A stretch of DNA of 64,000 bases from Chrysomallon squamiferum (lineage: Eukaryota > Animalia > Mollusca), in NCBI GenBank assembly GCA_012295275.1, contig CM022667.1, positions 21,328,001 to 21,392,000 of the forward strand, given 5' to 3'. A program made the position numbers and the translations under genes. Below are positions 12,529-23,998 of this stretch, piece by piece. The notes under the pieces are model-generated. The model ran no database searches. It was given only the letters and a program-made list of their open reading frames with translations, and was not told the DNA's origin. Position 1 is the stretch's first letter. Every line of letters begins with the position of its first letter.

Positions 12529-14784
12529 AAAAACCAAAGAGAATCTTGATACTTACAGAAATAAAAGAAGAAAAAGAACTTCATGAAGAATTAACAGCTT
12601 TTTACATAAGCAGATTCTCAGAAATGATAATTCATTTGCTGAATAATGAAATACTGAAAGTTTTAAAATTATACTTAATCTGAATGTATAAATTACCATC
12701 AATTCTAGGTTCTTCTTCTCTGTGTCGAAGTTTCTTATATACAGCTTCATGTCCTTCACTGTTGAAACCATATCTAAAAACAAAATCTCTCGTAAACATT
12801 TAAATTAATAAAATATATCTATGTTAAGTAGCTTAGTGCTTGTATAATGTGCTGATACTGGTATCAAACTGTTCTTCATCTTGAATATTCTCAAACCTTA
12901 TATAAAACATTATTCTAACCCAAATGGTATTTAAAATATTTTCAAAAAACCAGTGAAAGAGTAATTGGTGTTCCTGCAAAATAGAGTAGTTGATACCATT
13001 ACAATAAATAAAACAAAAGGTCACTTCTCTCCACAATGGGTGATGTACCTGTTTATAACAGCTTTGTCTTCAGTGAGTCGGAACACTCGTGGCTGAGGAT
13101 TGCCTGGTTGTGCTACTGGAGTGATACTTCCAACTTCAACAAAACCAAATCCTAGAGACAGCAAACCATCAACTGCATCAGCATCTTTGTCAAATCCAGC
13201 TGCCAGACCAACTGGATTGCTAAATTGCATGCCCAGCACTTTTATTTTCTGGATTTTGTTTGTTATTATTTTTTAAATAATAATTGGAAGAAAAAGAAAA
13301 GGAGATTAATAATATAGAAGGAAAAACAGAAAACAAAGTTGTTCAATAATTAAAGGAGTTAATGAAAAATGTGAATATTAGTATTAATACTCTTGATGGA
13401 AACAAGTTTTATACAAGCTTAATGCTATGAAAGATTACAGGAATTTTTATTTACAATCTGCACGTAAAAATATATCTGCAACGTTAGAAGAATGCATTCT
13501 TTCTAATTTCTTTACTTGTAATTTAACTGTAAAATGTTAGGATGAATAACACTTTAAAATTCATGTCTCAGTCATGTATCAACTTACAAGATTAGGAGGA
13601 TCAACATATTTTTGACGAGGAAGAATTTTATACTTGGCCATCTTTACAGCAAATCTGTGTGCTTTTTCAGCATCAAAGATACGCATTAGTAGAGGCATCA
13701 CTTCATTCTCATAAAATTTTTCATTTCCTTGATAAATTGACAGTCCAAAGAATGTCAAAGTTCCTCCACCACACACGAACAGAGACTTCTTTACTTTGTC
13801 CTAAAAATAGTTTAAATTAATATCTTTAATACCCGTTTTATGTTTGTACAATGAGTTATAACAGTGTTATGTTTACATGTTTTCCTGAGGCCAGTAAGAT
13901 GCCTGAGTTTCATTTATGTAAAACATTTGTAGCAGTTCACAGACTTTTTCACAAATAATTGAAGAAACTGAAAAAAACGAAAGAACAATGTTTCTTGTAT
14001 AGTGAAACTACTCTAACTATAATTCCATTACTACTGAACTATTTCCTGGTCCAGTGTTGTAAATTGCACATAATCTCTGAGATTAATATCTGAAGCTCAG
14101 AAACTATTTGTCTAAATTTCAATTATTCAATTCCAGACTATTAATTTAATGCAAATTCTGAAGTCTGAATAATAAAGGATGCTTTGAGTTGTTAGCTGTC
14201 TTGGCTCAGTGAGTCTTACCTATCAAAGCCAAAACCTACTGACATTATGTGTTAGTATGATGTTTCAACTTAATAAGTTTGCACGTTTAAATGTATTTTG
14301 CTTTTTTAACATAATTAAAATTTTATAACTGACAGAAGAAAGTCCATTAAAAACAAATAAGAAAACGTAATAATTATATTATATCAAAACAGAGAAAAAG
14401 CTACATAATGATAATGCCGTGATAATGGTATTCTGCATTAATATTAAAATATTTAATGTTTATTGCTGATTCTTAACTAAGTAATTATTTTGAATTTAGT
14501 CTTCTTGTTTCTGTTTTATTTTCATTTTAAGTAAGAATCATATATATATATATATATATATATATTTCGATATAGAGAATTTCTATAACAATATCAATAT
14601 GAATATGAATATGAATATAAAACAACAAGATGTACAAATGTACAGTACTGGTTTAACCTCCCGTCCTATTTATCATTTGTACAAACCAAATAATTTAACA
14701 ACAAGGACTGGTAAGTGTATAATAATAAATGTATTATAAATTTTAAACTACCCAAAAGACACCAGGCCGTTTTACATTTTGCAT
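9067..14784 (-). CDS. DHODH: Dihydroorotate dehydrogenase (quinone), mitochondrial, class 2; 9 exons
   Basis: Phase-consistent GT-AG exons: 14784-14752 ([11 protein letters not shown], least certain), 13800-13588, 13248-13049, 12773-12697, 11492-11305, 10440-10324, 10023-9870, 9609-9450, 9124-9067(TAA). Motifs: [121 protein letters not shown]. Confidence 0.97.
10593..11195. mobile_element. Degenerate non-autonomous Tc1/pogo-type element (MITE-like) in DHODH intron 5
   Basis: Left end taagtcgaaactggtctaatgatcacct is an imperfect inverted match to the right end (revcomp tacagacaaacttgtctacagtggccacct). The TA-CAG terminus is typical of Tc1/mariner/pogo derivatives. No ORF. Confidence 0.5.
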
Positions 14785-14930
14785 TGTTATGACTTTCCGC
14801 TGTCTTGTCGCTTGCCTTCGAGTTATCCAATTTTATTCATGAGTTATCTGTCCTTTTTCGGAAGTTTACCGTAGACCTCGATGCTTGATATGAAATAAAT
14901 GGCCGGTGTCGCGATTATTACCGATGTAAA
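14785..14930 (-). promoter_or_regulatory. Putative DHODH promoter / 5' UTR
   Basis: Locally CpG-richer island just upstream of the inferred ATG. Contains ETS-like cggaa motifs (about 14794-14799 and 14858-14864) and two gagttatc motifs. No clear TATA box. Confidence 0.4.
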
Positions 14931-15000
14931 CAAAAGCATGTGGAGAATATTTGCTACTGTAGTAATTTTTCCTGCTTCTAGTTACTCCGTCGCACTAGTT

Positions 15001-15051
15001 TTATTAATTAATTAATTAATTAATTAATTAATTAATTAATTTATTTATTTA

Positions 15052-15117
<66 letters not shown>
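15001..15117. repeat. (TTAA)n followed by (ATT)n microsatellites
   Basis: Directly visible tandem tetra- and trinucleotide runs. Confidence 0.9.
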
Positions 15118-16512
15118 TGTATGACCCCTTTTTTATTTTTTGGTATTGACCAATAATCAACAACAACAATTAAAGTAGCATGGGCCAATGATTTAAAAAA
15201 AAAATATATAAGAATAGGAAACTCATTGTTTGCATAGTACATGTTTTAGAAGTTGAAGTCTTTTTGTTTTAACGAAACAGAGTGAAAATTAAATGTTTAA
15301 TAACTTTTTTTTTTTTTTTATAAGGCCGGTTGACGGACCTTTCATTTCATTTTTTTGTTTTTTGTTTTGTTTTAGTTTTGTTGTAAAACTGATTCAAGTG
15401 TTATAATGAATGTATCAAGGCAATGATGCAAATAACACGTGATCGATTTGCTTTTTACAGGTAAATATGACCTCTAACGCATTGAAAATGGAAATAAATA
15501 TATATGAAAAAGAATTGTAATGGTTTCAAGTATTGTTTTACAACTACGTACTCAGAACTGTCAGCTTTGGAGTTTTTAACAGAGTGACGTGTCCACTTTA
15601 TGGTACCAAATGAGAATAGTCAATCTTCATATTCAAGCACCAGTGCCTGTGAAAATTATTTATTTTATTTTATTTCATTATTATTATGGGAGGCTGGCGA
15701 CGTCATCTGAAAAAACGTGTACGAGATGGTATGACGTCAAAGTTTCCAAATAAAAACAAAACAAAAAGGTTTCGACCATTGCAGCAATTTCTACTCAATA
15801 ATAGGCATCAATATATACGAGGCATTGATTAAATGACATATTTCCCAAAATTACTTTTAATAATCTATGTAGAATTCATTGCATTATGAAGGCATACGTA
15901 TTTAAGTTTGTAAATACCAATCGGCGTTCGACGCTGTCATCTTGGATTTCGATATGACGTTTCCGTGAGCTCACGGAAATCTTTAAGCTTGCAAATTATT
16001 TTGCGTCCATTTTTCAGAACTTTTTTATGATTTACACTGATAATGGTAAGGATGGTTGTTCACATTACCAAACCATGATTCACGCGCCTTTTCTAACTAC
16101 TTTTTCAACTTAATCAAACTTTTCAAACTGGATTATTTTTGAGTAAATGTGTGCATAATAAACTGAAATTATAATCTGGAATAAGGTTAAAGTATTAACG
16201 TTTGTAGTTGTCAGCAGAAAAGAACATTTAGGGGTTGTTTGTACCCATTAAATCGGCGAAATGTCTTGAGGCTTTTTTCCGTGACGTAATTTGTACCGTT
16301 ACGAGTTATCGTTCCTGTTGGTCCATGCTAATTAAAGGATTATATATATTTTCTCTAATGTAGTTAGATAATTTTAAATGTTGTTTTTTAAATATTAAAT
16401 ATAAATAACCCTAAGTCATTGGTGACTCTGCTGTCTTTATCGAATCAGCGAAATATAACTTTAAACGCCAGCAAATTACATGATATAAAATAAATAAATA
16501 AAAGTATTCATT

Positions 16513-16547
<35 letters not shown>

Positions 16548-16881
16548 TATTATTATATGTGGCCGGATACATAAAGCACCTCACACAAAAACTACACAAG
16601 TTCGATCTCGATTATATCTTTAATTCCTCTTGGTGAATTTACCACATGACCGACAATTATAGATGATAATATCGTAATTACATTGCAGAGAACTAGCCCA
16701 AATGTCTTATTCCCTTGCCAGATATTCTCCATTTTTTTCTTAAACGCTCTGTCACCCCAGTGAGACAAATAACGTCCCACGCCCCTGACGAGCACTGGCA
16801 GACCATTACTGTCCTGGGTTCCTTAAGATAGCACTAGTGACAGGTTTTTACCATATATTAATGTCCGACGTGTCTTGGAGG

Positions 16882-18242
16882 AAGGGTGACCCAAAATGAA
16901 TGATACCCACATAATAGTGAATAAAATCATTAATAATAATCTTATTTTTCAGATTCTACTAGAGGAGGAGATAACAATATGGATCAACAATAGAAGTTTT
17001 TGAAAAATGCCTTGGACGACTGAACAAAATACTTTTTGCGTTGAGACATATTTGAAGACAAAGTCTATAAAAACTGTGTAGGCAAAATTTCGGAGGCGGT
17101 TCAATTTCAACCATTATCCGAACAAATCCATGATCTACAGATGGGTCAACAAGTTCAAGAGCAAGGGAACTGTGCTAAAACTGAGTGCTAAAAGTGAAGG
17201 GGTCGCAACTGGACGACATTTGGGTGTAAGAGTGGCACAGAATGTTGATGCTGTCTGGGCCTCGGCCAGTCGCAGCCCCAAGAAGTCTATCCTAAGACGC
17301 AGTCAGGAGCTTGGCATTCCGCGGGAATCACTGAGACGAATTCTCGTCACGGATCTTACAAAATGTAGATTAAACAGAAGCTGACGCTAGGAGACCGGGA
17401 TAAAAGAGTTGTCATGTGTCGATTGTTCTGTGAACAGATTGAAGCGAATCCGGACTTTCTTGACGAGAGTGGTTCTCTGATGAGGCACACTTTCTTCTGT
17501 CAGGTCATGTCAACTCCTAAGAGTTGAATATGCATCTTGAATATGTGTTTTCTTGGGTACACTACCACCAGAGGATGTCCTCCAGCGTCCATTACATTCG
17601 ATAAAATGCACTGCATGGGTGGCCATTTCTAAGCATGGCATCATTGGACCTTTTTTGGTTCGAAGACAAAACTGAATGTTCTCTCAGGGTGAACTCAGAA
17701 CATTATCTTGAGGTCATGAGGAAGTTTTGAACTGCACCAGGGAGACGCAGAGGCATCAATCGAGAGAAACAATGGTTTCAGCAGGTCGGGGCGACTCCAC
17801 ACACTTCAAACCAAACGTTGGCTGCAGTAGTGATTTGCGAATCGGCTGATCAGTAGGAGATGTGATCCAGAGTGGGCCCCACACTCACTTGACCAGAACC
17901 CCCCAGATTTCTACCTAAGGGGCTATCTGAAGGACCATGTTTACGAAACCAACCCCTAGACAATCAGGGTCTTGAAAACAGAAATCACCGCAAAGATTAG
18001 GGCTTCCCAAGAGAGGAGAGTGTCCGTGTTATTGACAGTTTCGAGCACCGCATTCAGGAGTGTCTACCTCGTCAAGGTGGCCATCTCGAACACATTTTGG
18101 AACGAGCATAAATGACAGCCCATTTGATGTTAACAACCCAAACTTTCTGGACTAAATTGTTATTGCCTAAGATAAATTTGTGTGAAAAATAAGTAAAATC
18201 TCTCAGCACTTCTATGGGTATCATTCATTTTGGGCCACCCTG
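16882..18242 (+). mobile_element. Full-length but decayed Tc1/mariner DNA transposon (about 1.36 kb), probably rosa/DD41D-like
   Basis: TIRs of about 27 bp: left agggtgacccaaaatgaatgataccca (16883); right tgggtatcattcattttgggccaccctg ending 18242, followed by TA. The left terminal C and TA are eroded. Encloses a transposase relic. Confidence 0.93.
17007..18111 (+). pseudogene. Transposase pseudogene (Tc1/mariner DDD)
   Basis: Starts MPWTTEQNTFCVETYLKTKSIKTV*AKFRRRFN...IYRWVNKFK (HTH, TAG at 17079), then SPKKSILRRSQELGI, WFSDEAHFLLSGHVN, WVAISKHGIIGPF, WFQQVGATPHTS (QDGA with D>V), EWAPHSLDQNPPDFYL.GYLKDHVY, GGHLEHIL. Several stops and frameshifts. Confidence 0.92.
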
Positions 18243-18595
18243 TACTTTACGTGTAAACAAGGAGAAATACACCTCAGACACCTTAATGGTGTTTATGTAT
18301 GTATGTATTATCTATCAAAACAAAAATATTTACATTCACCTAAAAGGTTTAAAATTAAATTTACATTAAACTACACTTTTAAAGAGAAATATCATAAAAT
18401 ATTATATACAAATTATTAAAATATTTTGAAAAAAATTCACTTAATGAGTTATACTTTCCATTTTACATTAGAAATTTTAAATGATAAAAATGTTAAATAA
18501 CTTTATAAAATGAGACAGAAACACAGTAATAATATTTTATTAATTTTCACACAGAGGTATACAGTAGATATATGAACGACATGGACACAAAGTGT

Positions 18596-19106
18596 TTAAT
18601 ATTCACATCTGTAGCTGTCAATAGAATTAACTCTTCTACATTTGAGATATTTGCAGCAGTTCAGCATCCCTCCAAGAACACTGCATTTTGAATGCCATTC
18701 GAGACACTGAAACAAATAACATCAACAATGATAATGATAGCAATGGGTCTCACGGCCGTAATAACATAATAAAGTAATAAAACATAATAATTTTTCTTGT
18801 AAAAAATACAAATACATTTTCTTTAATATTATTTAGTTGATGAATACAAATTTGTATTATTTCTTTTTTTATTAATATATATTTTTAGTACGTACTTCTC
18901 TAAACTGTTTCTTTCTAAGCCTTTTGAATAAAGACTTTTATTACTTTCTGAATAACTACAAATTTCAAAGAACCCACCAGTTTGTTTTCGATTGCATTGA
19001 TTTCATCAGACATACGCTTAGTGTTAGCGGTGTCCACGATGTAGGCAGACTGTACGAGTGTAGAGAGACACAAGACGACAGTTAACAGAACATATGTCCC
19101 TCTCAT
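18596..19106 (-). CDS. Secreted cysteine-rich prepropeptide with inhibitor cystine knot (knottin, conotoxin framework VI/VII-like) pattern, 79 aa, 2 coding exons
   Basis: Exon 19106-18978 encodes MRGTYVLLTVVLCLSTLVQSAYIVDTANTKRMSDEINAIENKL (signal peptide ending about VQS-A, dibasic KR), with donor CTG|gtgggt. Acceptor tttgtttcag| opens exon 18706-18596, CLEWHSKCSVLGGMLNCCKYLKCRRVNSIDSYRCEY*. Phase-0 junction. AATAAA on the minus strand at about 18541-18536. Confidence 0.88.
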
Positions 19107-19539
19107 TGCTGTTTAAAACAAAGAAAGAAAGAAAATAAGAAATGAAAATAAATAAATAAATAATGCATATATAATAAAAATAATAAAAATATAGATTCAG
19201 TTGTAGTTTAATACTATTTTAATAAATGTCGGAAGTACTAAACACCTGTTTTAGAAACATGTGTTTATTTGATATCATATATAATTATTTCCTTAAAATT
19301 TAATTCACTTCATCTTGCTTTATAATCATAAAACAAAAATATAATGATATAATTAAAGTTACATAAAATTAGAAAGTGAGTATTTAGTACAAGATTCAAC
19401 GTACAAAAATAATTAAAGATATATAAATAAAACAGTATACAAATTAAAGTATATCATAAACAGTTTACTCACAAAGCTAAAGCTTATATACTAACCTACA
19501 TTACAAATGAAAGAAAATATTAATAACTAAAATATTCAC

Positions 19540-19622
19540 CAGATTCCTTTAGGTTTTTCTTTAAAAGATGTTCTGTAATGCAGGCAGTGAATACGCTGTG
19601 GTAACTCTTTGTTTTAAATAAA
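19540..19622 (-). promoter_or_regulatory. Core promoter and non-coding first exon of the knottin gene
   Basis: Minus strand: TATTTAAA at 19620-19613, Inr-like TTCACT about 30 nt downstream (about 19590), donor ctg|gtgaat near 19539, and a matching acceptor ctttgttttaaacag|ca-ATG at 19109. Confidence 0.6.
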
Positions 19623-20144
19623 GTGAATCCAGACATATATAGACAGTCGCAGATGGTAATTAATACTTATCAGATTGTCTAGAACTTATTAAAATGTCAT
19701 TGAAACAGTAATAATGAGAAACTTACTCAAGCACGACATATTGTCACTTTAAATAAACCAGGGAGTCTCTGTTATAAATCAAATTAATGATTTTAATATG
19801 ATCTATTATAGCTTTTAATGGTGTTTTTTGATGTTTGTTTTTTGTATACTCTCTCTCATAACCCCCCCCCAAAAAAAACACCATGAAGATACAAAAACAT
19901 TCAATAATCGAACATTTGCAAAAAAATTTAAATAATTTAAATATTTCTGAATATTATTTTCTTGAAATTTAAGCTTTTTAAACAACAGTCGATATAACGG
20001 TCTTGATGTTACTGTAGTACTGCTTTATGATGTTATTTAATGTATATATGCGAGACATATGCGAAGACTAAATAAAGACAGGTAACAAATGCACGGAGTC
20101 ACTGGTAAAACATAGCCACTGATAAAGTAGTTTTATGCTAAAAG

Positions 20145-20616
20145 TGTTACAGGATATATGTATTGTCAGGAAATATGCATAATTTCAGAACATTTCAGAA
20201 AATACATATCTTGTCTTATTCACTCACGAAAACGGTAATGCAATGGCTGCGATTACGTTATTCTGTGGCACAGTCAATGGAGAGACTGAGGAGGGAAGCC
20301 AGATGACGCCAGACCGGTGTGATCACCAGGACCCAGCAGTGCAGCAAATGAGGAACACTTAATTCCACTGAAAAACTAGTTCTTCTGAAATTTAAACTTG
20401 AGTCCACTGTCCATTTATTTGTATTATACCTCCTAACCAAGAAACATGCATGTCTTTAATGTCACAGTTTGCTCTTTCTGGGCACTGTTGACGCTGTCGT
20501 TTCCCGTGGATTATTATTAACTTTGGCACATTACTTTCAGTTCAGTGATTACACATATTTTCTGAAGTTTTCAGGCAATTATAGATTTTTCCTAATAATA
20601 CATATTTCTTGTAACA
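20145..20616. mobile_element. MITE-like element, about 470 bp, with imperfect TIRs of about 60 bp and TGT...ACA ends
   Basis: Left tgttacaggatatatgtattgtcaggaaatatgcataatttcagaacatttcagaaaata versus revcomp of right tgttacaagaaatatgtattattaggaaaaatctataattgcctgaaaacttcagaaaata. GC-richer interior. No clear TSD. Confidence 0.65.
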
Positions 20617-20660
20617 TACAGAGAGAAGGGTAAAGATATATACATATACATATATATATC

Positions 20661-20693
<33 letters not shown>

Positions 20694-20751
20694 GCGCTCT
20701 ACAGTTAGGATTGAGTTTAATTAAAGAAAACGACTGAAAACATTATTTATT

Positions 20752-20783
<32 letters not shown>

Positions 20784-21395
20784 CATTTTTTTAATTTTTT
20801 TTTTATTATTATTTTTTTTTTATGTCATAATAATAAATTTAGATAATAAAGAAAGACAGACGGAGAATTTTTTGATAAATATTTGTATTATTTTCTGTGA
20901 ATTATGAGTTAATGTTACGGCTACAGTGGATACGACAATCTGTGTTACTTTATCAGATTAGTCTATATATGGAATCTAGCCCATCTTCCGGAAATCGCCC
21001 GACGTCGCTAATAACACATATCAGAGTTGGCGTATCTAGTTACACAGATCACCTGCTTTACAATGGGCGTATATATGCTAATAAGGACTTTCCAGCTTAT
21101 GTGTTTTCATTTCATTGGCTGGAGCAGATCGTTAAGTTAAAATCAGGTGCAGTAATGACTAACGGGACTTCAAATGTTCTGGGTTGTAAACAGCGATATA
21201 TCTGACAAGCCAGATCAAATCAGACTTTTTGATAATTCTCATTTATTACTCAACTGTAATTAAAGTGGGAACGACTTACCAGAAGGCGGAAGTTATTTAA
21301 ATATAGTCCATCAATATTAATTAAGTTGATTACTAATTCCGATCAACCCTTTTTTTTTCCAGTTTCCCTGACATTCTTCTATCTATTTTCTCACT

Positions 21396-23998
21396 ATGAC
21401 TTCTTTGGATAAAGCAGCAATCAGAGAAGCGTATTGTGACATCAGAGATGATAATTCTGATGTAATATGGTAAGTGTTTTATTAATATCAACTATTGTTT
21501 TATTTTATTGTTTATAAATAATGTATAATTACATTCGTCATGTAATTTTTAAGACTTTATAATAAAGTATACATTTTTTCTTTTTTCTTACATTATATAT
21601 ATATATAACTTCCTCCTTCTGGTAAGTCGTACACCCCCCCCCCCATATATATATACCTTTTGTTCACGTATCTCATTTCTCTTCCTTTCTTTGTTTATAA
21701 CACAACTATGTAGGTGGCACTTTAGGCCTTCAAATGTTTAAAACAACATTTTACAAAATAAACAAATATCTGTAAATCATCTAACAACATTTTTTCAATA
21801 AACAAGTCTGTACTGAACGACATACTGATCTGCGAATTAAGATTTATTTCGGCTCAAGTTAGGTTATATATCTGAACGTAACTAAGTAAAGTAGGTCAAG
21901 TCCTTGTCATAAATATCGATGATTATCAGATTAAAATAAATAAATAATAAAAAATGAAAAACAAAAATTGCACTAACTTAATTCCATTGTAAAGTCGAGT
22001 TTTTCTAAAACTTAACCAATTTGATTTGTTACAAACATAATTAGAACAAAACAAATGTAAATCAGACTTTACTACAGTCTCCGATGGCAATGCGGGCCTG
22101 CTACAGTAAGATACTTATCGGTAGAAAGCGTTTTTTAATTACTACTTTTATTTTCTTTATTAAAAACCACATACAAGCTTTAAATTATTTACTGACTGAA
22201 ATACATTTTTATTCACAGATATACCACTTTACTGAGCTAGCCTCTTATCTTGTTTCCCGAATCTACAGTCGTGTGGATTGTATCAACCTGTTTATCAAAC
22301 ATAGTTGATGTCAAATTTTATTTATTATCTTCTCAGATTTAATTGCAGTTTTTATCTTGGATGGTAATAATATATATACGTGCTGAATAACGCAGTTAAT
22401 AAATAACGTTTCTGTGAAAAAGGACAAATAATTGCCTTAAATTATTTTTCACGTACCGAACTTGTTCATGCAATCTGTTTTACTGCTAGTTACTCTTTCA
22501 TCCTAGCATCTTTTACATGCATCTTTCCATGTACCAGAAAGCACAAATCCAGCCGGATAGAGACAGATCAGCGCTTTGTCTCTGCAGTAAACCCTTTATC
22601 AGTTAGAAAATACATTTTCAATAGCAGTAAAGCTGAAAGTGTAAATGTTGATGGATTATATGTTTTTTAAAAATGTCCTAAATGTGTCTTTAAAAAACTG
22701 TCAGAGAGAGATTTTTATTTTATTTTATTCTAATATTTGTTCTATTTTGATTTTAAGAAATGAGGAAAATAAAAATTCAAGTTCCCATACAAAGCTGACG
22801 AAGAGGAAACTTTAAAATCTGTTCCTGGTAATTAATGTTAACTGACTGAAAACAGAGATGTTCTAAAATTATAGCATTTTATTTTATTTTATTTAGGGCG
22901 GTCCTCAAATATGATGGTGATACGATAGTTCTAGATTCAAAAGGATCAACATATGAAGAATTCCAGTCAAAGTTTACAGGTAATATTAATTACCTTGCTG
23001 TACAAATATTAAATATTTATGTATGTTATAATCTAGCTTTTAATGTAAGTTGTTTGTGTGTGCATGAGAGTATAAATATATGCATTTCTACGCATTTTAG
23101 AAGCATGATGCATAATAGTATTTTTAATAATTATGTGTAAATTATCATTTTTATTATCATTATTATTGCTTCTGTTGTTGTTGTTATTATTATTATTGTA
23201 TTATATTTTATTATTAGTACAACTACTACTACTACTATTATGTTTAATTGGTTGTCACATAATGAGTATCTCATTTCCGTTATAGTCGTATAGTTGTTAC
23301 TTATCAGCAACATTTCCCCTCTCTGTTAACAATAATAACATTCTGTGTTTGTAGATGATATTAGAGCGTTTGGTTACGTCCGGGTTACAACAGGAGATGA
23401 AATGAGCAAACGAGCCAAGTTCGCATTGATCACGTGGGCTGGCCCTAACGTTTCAACTCTCAAAAAAGCGAAAATGGGAACAGACAAAACGCGCGTGAAG
23501 GAAGTTATACAGGTGTGCAAACAATGACTAAACACAGATCATCATAATAATCAGATCAGACACAAAATATCATTCACAAACAAATGTTAGTTAGCCCCAA
23601 AATACCTCGCTGCGTTAAATTACTCTGTATACAAAATTCGATATTCCTTGCCGACCATATGTGTTTTTAAATTCAAATGTCGAGATCGCTGAGGATATAT
23701 ATTCACTTTACAATACAGGCAGTAATCCCACTGCACGTCTCTTTTACAGCTCTGAGCACAGCTCGACACTACATTGTAAACACGTGTCTCAAGTGACCCG
23801 GCCCTGAAATAAAGCAATGACGTTTTTTATATTAGTTCTAACTGTCTGAAGTATTTCTTACACTGACTATAGTATTTTATATTTCAGAACTTTGCAGTGG
23901 AGCTACATGTAACAGAGCACGAGGAGTTAGAAGAGGAATTTATTAAATCTGCTCTAATGAAGGCAGGTGGTGCTAATTACGGAACAGGACAACGATGA
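21396..23998 (+). CDS. COTL1: Coactosin-like protein (ADF-H actin-binding domain), 4 exons
   Basis: Phase-consistent exons 21396-21469, 22897-22979, 23355-23512, 23888-23998(TGA): MTSLDKAAIREAYCDIRDDNSDVIWAVLKYDGDTIV...RAFGYVRVTTGDEMSKRAKFALITWAGPNVSTLKKAKMGTDK...QNFAVEL...KAGGANYGTGQR. GDEMSKR.KF and AGGANY are coactosin signatures. Confidence 0.96.

Noticed and set aside
16592-16795. 67-aa minus-strand ORF beside the transposon
   Set aside because: No ATG start, no recognisable motif and no convincing splice sites.
18915-18977. C-terminus of the 63-aa ORF in the track (VGSLKFVVIQ...)
   Set aside because: Intron read-through; a donor at 18977 splices in frame to the Cys-rich exon.
19660-21180. 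kappaB-like (aggactttcc about 21083, gggagtctct about 19761) and GATA motifs suggesting immune induction of the knottin gene
   Set aside because: Short imperfect matches expected by chance; not supportable without expression data.
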